From the human T2T-CHM13v2.0 reference genome, Homo sapiens: 64,000 nucleotides of DNA. The DNA is taken from the NCBI RefSeq assembly GCF_009914755.1, contig NC_060925.1. The stretch is one strand, 5' to 3'. Below, piece after piece: positions 54,600 through 64,000 of this stretch. The position numbers and the translations under genes were made by a program. Under the pieces are notes generated by a model. That model saw only the letters and a program-made list of their open reading frames with translations. It was not told the origin of the DNA and did no database searches. Positions within the stretch are counted from its first letter, which is position 1; every line of letters starts with the position of its first letter.

Positions 54600-54847
54600 C
54601 AGTGGGTCATTAGTCCATTGAGTTATTTGTCCCTTTGGTGCCTTCATTGGTGGTCACCCTAGCAGGCCCCCTAGAGGCTCCATGTGCAAAAGGTGAGGAA
54701 GACAGTGTGTTAACTGGAGCCGTTACACTGCAACCTCAAATTCCTAGATCCCCGCCAGAGTGGTCAGGTCTGAATGTACGTGTTAGGGAGGGAAAAAGAA
54801 ACTCAAGGGACAGAAAAGACCCTGACTCCCTGTGCTCTACTTTGCAG

Positions 54848-54953
54848 ACCCTCCTACAGTGACCCTGTCCATTGAGCCACAGACGGTGCAGGAGGGTGAG
54901 CGTGTTGTCTTTACCTGCCAGGCCACAGCCAACCCCGAGATCTTGGGCTACAG
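54848..54953 (+). CDS. KIRREL1: KIRREL1 exon 6 (106 bp; Ig3 N-half, [12 protein letters not shown]...ILGYR)
   Basis: tttgcag|AC CCT; TAC AG|gtgagg; read directly from sequence (not in ORF track). Confidence 0.96.
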
Positions 54954-55098
54954 GTGAGGGGGTCAGAGGCTGGGAGCGCTCTGGGGAGTGATAAGGAAGA
55001 GTTCGGGGTTAGAGGCTGTACTGGGGAGGCCAGGTGTCATGGATGTAGTTGAGAGGGTCTGAGGCCTGATCCCACCTCTGTGTTGCCTCCTCCCCTAG

Positions 55099-55247
55099 GT
55101 GGGCCAAAGGGGGTTTCTTGATTGAAGACGCCCACGAGAGTCGCTATGAGACAAATGTGGATTATTCCTTTTTCACGGAGCCTGTGTCTTGTGAGGTTCA
55201 CAACAAAGTGGGAAGCACCAATGTCAGCACTTTAGTAAATGTCCACT
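55099..55247 (+). CDS. KIRREL1: KIRREL1 exon 7 (149 bp; Ig3 C-half, [10 protein letters not shown]...LVNVH)
   Basis: cccctag|G TGG GCC; CAC T|gtgagt. Confidence 0.96.
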
Positions 55248-55419
55248 GTGAGTAGCTGGGAGGGCAGGGACGGGGACAGAGAGCAGGGGCCCCCAAAGGG
55301 CCTTGGACAGAGTCGGGGACTGCTCCATGAATGGGGAGGTAGCAGGGCAGGAGGAAGATTGATTGGAGTTAACCCCATGAGCTTGAGACCCTAACGAGTG
55401 GCTTCTTTCTCACTCACAG

Positions 55420-55874
<455 letters not shown>

Positions 55875-56592
55875 TTACTGCGTGTTCTGAATGCTGGGAG
55901 GAAGGGGTGCGGCCACAGATGGGAGTAGATGGGGGGCTGCAGCATTATCTTTGAACCTGGGCTATTTCTAGGGTCTTGGGATTTGGAGGAGAAAGTGCTT
56001 ACGGTTATCCCCACATCTTCTCACAGGAAAGCCCAGTTCAGAAGCACTGGGGGGACAAACTCACCTGTGCACGGGAAGCAGGGTGGGGTGGGAGGAAGGG
56101 AGAGGGCCTGGGGCGGGCCTACTGCAGTGGTAAAGGTCTGGTAAATAATGCTGCACAGGGAGGTGGGGAAGCTGAGGCGATTCACTAAAGAAGGCTGGAG
56201 TCTACAGCTCTGCAGAGACCCCCATTAGACCATTTGGGCCAGAACTACAGGAAGAAGAATTTCAGAGTAAAACGTCCTATGTCATTTGGCAATGAAAACA
56301 CTAGAACAGATCATCAGAAGAGGCTGCGTCCTCCTAAAATGATTGCAGCCTTCACCTGCCCTCTCTGGCCTCCACCCCATCCCTGCCCACACCTGCAGAG
56401 ATGGTGTGTTTACGTGCCAACCTGTGTAGAGTCAGAGCATGGACCAAAATGGACTCGGGAACCCCATTTCCCTTCTGGGAATTCACTTGTGGCCCTTCCT
56501 GCTTTCTTTCCGATGCCTCCGATGTGGGGCCCTCATGGACCTAGGGGCCCAGGCCTCCTGGCTCCCCACCCGAGGCTGCTCTCTCTGCCCAG

Positions 56593-56719
56593 GTCCTGAG
56601 TAACAGCAACCAGCTGCTGCTGAAGTCGGTGACTCAGGCAGACGCTGGCACCTACACCTGCCGGGCCATCGTGCCTCGAATCGGAGTGGCTGAGCGGGAG
56701 GTGCCGCTCTATGTGAACG
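56593..56719 (+). CDS. KIRREL1: KIRREL1 exon 9 (127 bp; Ig4 C-half, VLSNSNQ...DAGTYTC...YVN); in-frame alternative acceptor at 56545
   Basis: gcccag|GTC CTG; AAC G|gtgagt. Confidence 0.96.
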
Positions 56720-56808
56720 GTGAGTGAGTGGCCTGAGAGGCAGCCGGGCCTGGGCGGGCTGGTACTGCAGTTTTTAACTGGTTCTGACTTGTGTCTTCTT
56801 GCTTGCAG

Positions 56809-56909
56809 GGCCCCCCATCATCTCCAGTGAGGCAGTGCAGTATGCTGTGAGGGGTGACGGTGGCAAGGTGGAGTGTTTCATTGGGAGCACACCACCCCCA
56901 GACCGCATA
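56809..56909 (+). CDS. KIRREL1: KIRREL1 exon 10 (101 bp; Ig5 N-half, GPPIISSE...PPPDRI)
   Basis: ttgcag|GG CCC; ATA|gtgagt. Confidence 0.97.
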
Positions 56910-57675
56910 GTGAGTGGCGGACCTGCCTGCGGACAGCCAGCCCTCCCTGCTTCTTTGCCCAGGCCCAGCCTCCTCTCACTTCTGCTGGTTTTGCTCCTTC
57001 AACTTCCCTGTCCCGTTTCCATCCTCGAATCTTCTGCTTTCTGTCCCTCTGTCCCTTTACCTGCTCAAATCCCACCTCCTCCCTTACTTGTTATGTGTCC
57101 CTGAGCAGATCACTTAATGTTTTGAACCTCGGTTTATTCATCTATAAAACAGGGCCAGTAACTCCTACCTAATAGGGTTGCTGTGAGAAGTCATGGCAGC
57201 AACAGGTGTGAGATGCCTAGGCCAGCACTCGATTCATGTTAGTTCCCCACTCTCTCCCCTGGGCTAACACTTCCCCTCTTTTCTCCCTCATCTGCCTGTC
57301 ATTGACCTCCTGCTCTTTTCTTTGCTCCCTCCCCTTCCCTGTCTCCTCCTCTGGCTCTTGCCATCTCTCTCCCTTCCCATCAGTTCTCCTACCTGCCTGG
57401 CCCACTCTTCTCTCCCTCCTCCTGCCTTCCTCCTACCAGCCCCTTGCCTTGCCACTCTCCTCCCTCCTTTCTCCTCTCCCCCACACCATGAGCCATTAAT
57501 TCCTTCCGTGACTATTAACTGTCAAACCCCTCATCACATTTAATGACCATTTGGCTAACTCCAGGGCTGCCCAGGGACACTTCATTACCACGGCCGCCCG
57601 GGCAGCAGGCGGCTGGCCTCCCGGGGGGCTTTCCTTGCAGATCTAGGAGGATTGATCCCTGGAAAGGAGCCAGTT

Positions 57676-57812
57676 CTCGGCTGCTCCCCCTCCCTTAGGC
57701 TCCACTCTGAGGAAGGGGCCACTCAGGGGAATGGTCCGGCTGAGAAGTCAGGGATGGAGGGGTCCAGGAATACCCCGTTGTGGGTTCTGCCTATTATAAG
57801 TCTGTGGATCAG
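57676..57812 (+). repeat. Old ~137-bp direct repeat copy 1 (copy 2 at 58726-58864), bracketing exon 11
   Basis: ~76% identity with a single 2-bp gap by manual alignment. Confidence 0.85.
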
Positions 57813-58448
57813 TCTTAGAGCCAGCCAGGCAGGTCGTGTGGGTTGGTTAAAGGTACGCCTAAAGATTGAGTTACGCTTAGTTAGAATCACAGACTATCAG
57901 AGCTGGAAGAAATCTTGAGCATTGTCTAGCCCTAGCCTGGTTCTGTCATTGTATAGATGAAGAAAATAAGGCCTAGAAAGGGACAGGGAGGCCACACAGG
58001 GGCTTGATGGGGAGAGGAGCCCAGCGTTCTTGAGGACAAATGCAGAACTTTTTCTACAACATCTGGGAGGATTCCCAGTGTCGGTTCAATGGATCCGCTG
58101 CATCCACATCACATGGGATCATGATGAAAATAGAGATTCTCCTCCTCCCTGGAGATTCCTATTTAGGACATAAGTCCCAAATATCTACATTTGAAAGAAT
58201 CTCCCTAGGTAAATCTGATGTCAGCCATGCTTGGGAGCCACTGCTTCTCCTTGAGTGGAGTGTCAGTGCCGAGGGTGTGAGGTAGCAGGTGTGACTTAGG
58301 TTTGTTACAGGGAGGTGTTAGGCTGGGCTTGTGGGGCACACATGGCACATAGGGGTGAGGGTGCCTTGAGGGTGGATCAGGGGACACGTGGGCATGGGCT
58401 TCTGCCCCCTGCCCCTTTCTTACCTTCTTCCTTCCCTCTCCACCACAG

Positions 58449-58647
58449 GCATGGGCCTGGAAGGAGAACTTCTTGGAGGTGGGGACCCTGGAACGCTATA
58501 CAGTGGAGAGGACCAACTCAGGCAGTGGGGTGCTATCCACGCTCACCATCAACAATGTCATGGAGGCCGACTTTCAGACTCACTACAACTGCACCGCCTG
58601 GAACAGCTTCGGGCCAGGCACAGCCATCATCCAGCTGGAAGAGCGAG
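58449..58647 (+). CDS. KIRREL1: KIRREL1 exon 11 (199 bp; Ig5 C-half, AWAWKENF...QLEER)
   Basis: ccacag|GCA TGG; CGA G|gtgact. Confidence 0.97.
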
Positions 58648-59389
58648 GTGACTGGTAGTGCTGCCTGCCAGCTGGGGTGCAGAGCAGCCTGAGGATTCTG
58701 CTCCTTCTTTTCTCCAGGGGCAGGGCTCAGCTGCTCCCCTTCCCTTGGGCTCTGCTCTGAGGGAGGGGACACACAGAGGGATGTCCTGGCTGAGAGGTCA
58801 GGAGTGAAGGGGTTTGGGGCTACTCCCCTCTGATTCCTGCCTATTGTAAGAGTCTGTGCATCAGAGGGAAAGAACTCTCTGGGGCCTTCCCTCCAGAACC
58901 TGGCCTCCATGCTCAACTGGGGAAATTCCCTCACTTCGTTAAAGTGTACTGAGCATTTGCTATGTGCCAGGCTCTGCCCCAGGGGCTGCAGAAAGAGCTG
59001 TGAACAAGACACAGTCCCTGACCTCAAGAAACTTTCGGTGTAGTGGAGGAGGGACTTACAGAGTGGTAGTAAATTAATTCGGATGGAGAAGAATCATATG
59101 AACTGCAAAAGGGAATAACACGCCCATCTCATTGGGTGGACGTGAGGATTAAATTAGAGAATATTTACAAAATGCCTGGCATACAATAGGTGTTCAGTAA
59201 GTATGGGTTCCCCTACCTCTTCAAGAATTGTCACTCTGATAGCAGAAAAGTGTTCTCTCCTTTAAGGCACTTCTCACATGATAAAAGAGGTATTCCTTTG
59301 ACTTTTTTGGAAGCTACCAAGTCCAAGGAGGAAAAGATAGCATTTTTTTGTTGTTGTTTTATTTTTTGAGAACTAACCATTTGACATAG

Positions 59390-59738
<349 letters not shown>

Positions 59739-60430
59739 TATCACTTCAGTCTTAACTAAGGATGCCAGCAAGGGGGTTGGGGGTGGGGAAGAATGGAGTA
59801 GATACAGTAACGTGGGGCTCCACAGGGAAAGATCTCAGAGGGGAAGAGCTATAAGCAGGATCTGGATTCAACTAGGGCTGCTAGGAAGACAGAGAAGGCT
59901 GGAAGCAGGATTCCTGAGCTCTTCCTCAGCTCTGGGAAGCAGAGGAAACCAAGGAAAACTGTTGGAGCCCTGAGTAGATAGGTGAACATTCGGCAGTCAC
60001 AGTGGTATTATGGATGGCACAGTGGTGAAAGATGTCGGAACACGGGTGGCAGATTGGAGAGTTTGGAGACAGCTGACCTCAAAGAAGAGCGAGGGGCCAA
60101 GCATCATAGTCAGGTGGGCTGAAGGACAGGGATCGACAGACAACCAAGACCAGGGGCAAACTCCTGCCCCAGCTGCAGGGATGAGACATGACCATGATCT
60201 CCATTCTGATGGAGCTGGAGCACAGACCAAAATCCAACCACAATGCAGACCTTCCTCTCTAATCCAACCTTGACTTAAACCTAACACTGTCCCCAGGCTC
60301 AGTCAAAACTTAGCCCTGTACACAAGCCAAGGTTGCCTCTGTGGCTGTGGCCTAGCCTTTAGCCAGCACTGAGCTTAGCTCCCAGTATAACTCCAGCCTC
60401 ACCCCTCCACCTTTCCTTCCCCATCGAAAG

Positions 60431-60538
60431 AGGTGTTACCTGTGGGCATCATAGCTGGGGCCACCATCGGCGCGAGCATCCTGCTCATCTTCTTCTTCAT
60501 CGCCTTGGTATTCTTCCTCTACCGGCGCCGCAAAGGCA
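60431..60538 (+). CDS. KIRREL1: KIRREL1 exon 12 (108 bp; transmembrane helix [31 protein letters not shown] + RRRKG)
   Basis: cgaaag|AG GTG; GGC A|gtgagt; hydrophobic stretch followed by basic stop-transfer residues. Confidence 0.96.
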
Positions 60539-60714
60539 GTGAGTATGGGCCCTGTGCAGCCCACAGCCTTCCCCTGGCTCTTCCAGGGCCATGACAGGCA
60601 GTGCTTGGGGTGGATGGGAGGTTGGCCCTTGAGCTCCAGCCCAGAGGGAGCCAGAAGCAGCCGCTGCAGAGACCAGCAGGAAGCACTTGTTCCAGGCTGC
60701 CTCTCCCGTCCCAG

Positions 60715-60854
60715 GTCGCAAAGACGTGACCCTGAGGAAGCTGGATATCAAGGTGGAGACAGTGAACCGAGAGCCACTTACGATGCATTCTGACCGGGAG
60801 GATGACACCGCCAGCGTCTCCACAGCAACCCGGGTCATGAAGGCCATCTACTCG
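60715..60854 (+). CDS. KIRREL1: KIRREL1 exon 13 (140 bp; cytoplasmic SRKDVTLRK...KAIYS)
   Basis: tcccag|GT CGC; TCG|gtgagg. Confidence 0.97.
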
Positions 60855-61404
60855 GTGAGGGTCCTGCTCCTCTCTGGCCTCCTGCCTTCTCCACCCTCTG
60901 AGGACCAGCTCCATCCCAGATCTCTAATAACCGCGGTCATTCTCTCCTTCCTCAGTCGGTCTTCCCTGGTCCTGCCACACACACTCTCCCACACTCACAC
61001 ACATTCTCTCACACACGCCCCAGGCTAGTTTCCTCCAGCAGAGGATAGGCAGCTGGGATTGTCCAAAGACTTCCTTTGCCCCACAGTGTGTGAAAGTTGG
61101 AAGCCCCCAGAGGCTTTCTGGTCCATCTGCCTCATTGCTGAGATGAGGAAACAGCCCTGGAGAGGGGCAGTGACATATACAAGGTCACATTACATGTTAG
61201 CAACCAAACTAGTGCTCGAACCAAGGTCTCTGGCCTCTTCCCACCACATCCCAGAGCCTCTGCTGAGAGGACCAGAACTCAAGTCTGCCCTTGACCTCAG
61301 ACCCCACCCATGAGCAGGTGGCCTCTGAGCGTGGGGAGGGGTTGGTGAGGGGCGAAAAGAGCAGGGCTTCCGTCTGCTGACGTCCCACTCCTGCTGCTCC
61401 ACAG

Positions 61405-61482
61405 TCGTTTAAGGATGATGTGGATCTGAAGCAGGACCTGCGCTGCGACACCATCGACACCCGGGAGGAGTATGAGATGAAG
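61405..61482 (+). CDS. KIRREL1: KIRREL1 exon 14 (78 bp; [10 protein letters not shown]...EYEMK)
   Basis: ccacag|TCG TTT; AAG|gtggga. Confidence 0.96.
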
Positions 61483-61735
61483 GTGGGAAAGGGGGAAGGG
61501 GCCAGGGCATGAGGGCTGGTGGGCCAGTGGGTTTCTGAGGTCCTGTAGCGGGGAGGTGAGGTGAGGACAGACTTGGGGAGGAGTGGTTGGGAGGGTTTTT
61601 GAAGGAGCAGAGGAGGTGGAATGCTAGATGGGGACATAGGGAGAGCTGGAGGAAGAGGCCCAGAAAGCCATGGTGAGACTTGATCCCCACCCAAGAGGGA
61701 ACACTGCCTCCATCCTCTTCTCTCATTGCCCCCAG

Positions 61736-62212
61736 GACCCCACCAATGGCTACTACAACGTGCGTGCCCATGAAGACCGCCCGTCTTCCAGGGCAGTGCT
61801 CTATGCTGACTACCGTGCCCCTGGCCCTGCCCGCTTCGACGGCCGCCCCTCATCCCGTCTCTCCCACTCCAGCGGCTATGCCCAGCTCAACACCTATAGC
61901 CGGGGCCCTGCCTCTGACTATGGCCCTGAGCCCACACCCCCTGGCCCTGCTGCCCCAGCTGGCACTGACACAACCAGCCAGCTGTCCTACGAGAACTATG
62001 AGAAGTTCAACTCCCATCCCTTCCCTGGGGCAGCTGGGTACCCCACCTACCGACTGGGCTACCCCCAGGCCCCACCCTCTGGCCTGGAGCGGACCCCATA
62101 TGAGGCGTATGACCCCATTGGCAAGTACGCCACAGCCACTCGATTCTCCTACACCTCCCAGCACTCGGACTACGGCCAGCGATTCCAGCAGCGCATGCAG
62201 ACTCACGTGTAG
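61736..62212 (+). CDS. KIRREL1: KIRREL1 exon 15 coding part (DPTNGYYNV ... QRMQTHV*), with the conserved Neph PTNGYY motif and C-terminal PDZ-binding THV
   Basis: ccccag|GAC CCC; stop TAG at 62210-62212; exons 2-15 sum to 2222 nt, which with a 52-nt exon-1 CDS gives 757 aa plus stop. Confidence 0.97.
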   Translation, partial: DPTNGYYNVRAHEDRPSSRAVLYADYRAPGPARFDGRPSSRLSHSSGYAQLNTYSRGPASDYGPEPTPPGPAAPAGTDTTSQLSYENYEKFNSHPFPGAAGYPTYRLGYPQAPPSGLERTPYEAYDPIGKYATATRFSYTSQHSDYGQRFQQRMQTHV

Positions 62213-64000
62213 GGGCCAGAGCCTGGCTGGGGCATCTCTGCGGGGCAGAGGAGAAGGCTTTCACAGCTGTTCCCTGATATTCAGGGGCATTGCTCATTGC
62301 TCCCTTCTCGGACCAGCCTTCTTCCTCCCACCATGGCAGGTGGGGAGCAGGTCTCCCAGAAACACCCCGTCCCGAGGATGGTGCTCTGTGCATGCCCCAG
62401 CCTCCTGGGCCTGCCCTTCCCTCTTCTTCGGGAGGATGTGTCTCTTCTGACCTGCACTCTTGCCTGACCCTAGAATGGGGACAGGGAAAGTGAAGGTTAG
62501 GGAAAGCAGAGGGGGGCACTTTTTAGCATTCCCTTTCTATCCCACCCCTCTGATCTCCCATAAGTGGAAATGGGGGTACCCAGGGATGGGCAGGCTTTGG
62601 CCTAGGGACATGAAGTATGGGAGTGGGTGGCTGTGGCACAGACAGGTGGAAAACGGGATAGCCTGGCCAGTCCCTCTGTTGTCTGCATTCGTGCCCTGGG
62701 TGCCTCTCTCCTTCCTCAGGGTACTGCAGAAGGGAGCGAACAGGGTACTGTTCGCTCTTGTCTACAGAACAGCCCTGGCACTGCATTCAAATCCAGTCTT
62801 CATTCAGCTGGGATCAAAATGCCAGTCACCTTGGCTACCCACTGTGGACAGCTGTCTGTCAGCATGCAGAGGGATCCAGGAATCCCCCCGGCAGCACGGC
62901 CCGCTTTCCTTCTCCTCCATGCTGGGCCAGCCAGATAAGTCAGGGTCCTGGTGGAGAAAGAAAGGCTAGGACCATGTCCTCATTGACCCAGATACTGCTG
63001 TGTGCTGCACAGCAGTGAACCAACACTAGAGGGAGCCACACAAGCCTCCTCTCCCCAGTCTGCCCCACTTCCTGGCTTTAACTCTTGAGCTGGTTTGGGG
63101 AGTGGTGAGGTAGGGGTGGGGGTGCTGTAGGCTCTTTTTCAAAGAAAACAAAAAACAATGAAAACCTCATTTGGGAAGAAAAGCTGTAGGGATTCCCCCA
63201 CCCAAATACAAGTCCCAGTGGAAAGGAAAGGTAGTACCTATTCTTCTCCATGGGGTTCCTAACACCCTCCATTACTCTTTCAGTCTCCAAGCACTTTGAA
63301 TCCATTTTTAAACATTCAGGTTGCCAGACCTGTCACACAGTGGGCTCTGATAGGGTTACGGAGGGGGCCTGGCTCTCAGTCTCTACTCTCCTATGTCCCA
63401 TCAGTTGGTTGGAGGCCACCTTCCAGGGGGTATGGGAGACAGGTTTTGGTTTTTAAGTGTCTTTTTTTTTTTTCTTGGACCAATCAGATTCCTTCTTCCA
63501 CTTTCAGTGCCTTGAGTGTCAAGCTTTGGATGACCGACCCTATGTGGGCGGTTGTGTGGGGAGTGGGTACTTGTGAGCCTCGGACACACTGTTAAGTGTT
63601 ACAGTGTTAGGAGAGAGATGGGTGAGGGGACCTGGAGAGGTAAGGGGCCTGGAAATGGCCCTGACAGAGAACTTGTGCTGACCGGGAGAAGGTGGTGCGG
63701 AAGGGCACCGCAGGCATTACACAGGCCATTTCTCCTCCTCCATGTGCACGCACATCCAACACACACCTTCCATGTGACTGCTTCTCAGCCACCACTTTCT
63801 GACCAAAGAGAACAGGCGCTCCAAGGAGAACCTGTACCCCTGCCCCAGCCTCGCCTTCCTAAAAAGCAGTGTCTGGAGTTGGCTGTTTCCCGCCTCCCCA
63901 GCTGCATGTCCAGCCCAGTGGGAGACAGGGCCTCTGGTGCAGTTCCCAAAATGTTCCTCGCCCTTTCTCCGTGGTCACCATTCATAATTCATGTTCGCTT
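62213..64000 (+). other. KIRREL1: KIRREL1 3' UTR (continues beyond window)
   Basis: Follows the stop in the terminal exon; no AATAAA noticed; the gene is recalled to have a multi-kb 3' UTR. Confidence 0.8.

Noticed and set aside
58648-59153. Soluble ectodomain via intron 11 read-through (GDW*) and intronic polyadenylation
   Set aside because: Only an ATTAAA inside a MIR relic; early stops are expected in any intron
60696-60714. Upstream AG 19 nt before the exon 13 acceptor
   Set aside because: Out of frame, with no evidence of use
61209-62519. Long antisense ORFs over exons 14-15
   Set aside because: Antisense shadow of GC-rich coding sequence

Overview
Primate (human-like) genomic DNA containing most of KIRREL1 (NEPH1, kin of IRRE-like 1; human chr1q23.1) on the + strand. 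Positions 1-43201 are the distal part of the very large intron 1; exon 1 (start codon and signal peptide) lies upstream of the window. Coding exons 2-15 fall at 43202-62212, all with GT-AG junctions, and splice in frame. With the recalled 52-nt exon-1 CDS they give the 757-aa protein: five Ig domains each split over two exons, a TM exon and a cytoplasmic tail ending in the PDZ motif THV. The 3' UTR runs off the window end. Introns are full of Alu, MIR, L2, L3/CR1, MaLR/MER21 LTR and Tigger-type relics, and almost all short ORFs in the track are noise. The unexplained structure is a series of short local duplications of different apparent ages: a ~99% identical 338/335-bp inverted repeat ending in a 21-bp palindrome (38945-40079), an interleaved A-B-A'-B' double inverted repeat (17357-17927), an exact 51-bp copy at a truncated LTR end (10732/12341), and two ~137-bp direct repeats (~93% and ~76% identity, the latter bracketing exon 11). 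There is also a very young antisense AluY just downstream of the exon 8 donor. I found no evidence of a novel protein-coding system. Repeat family names are by-eye recall and their boundaries are approximate.
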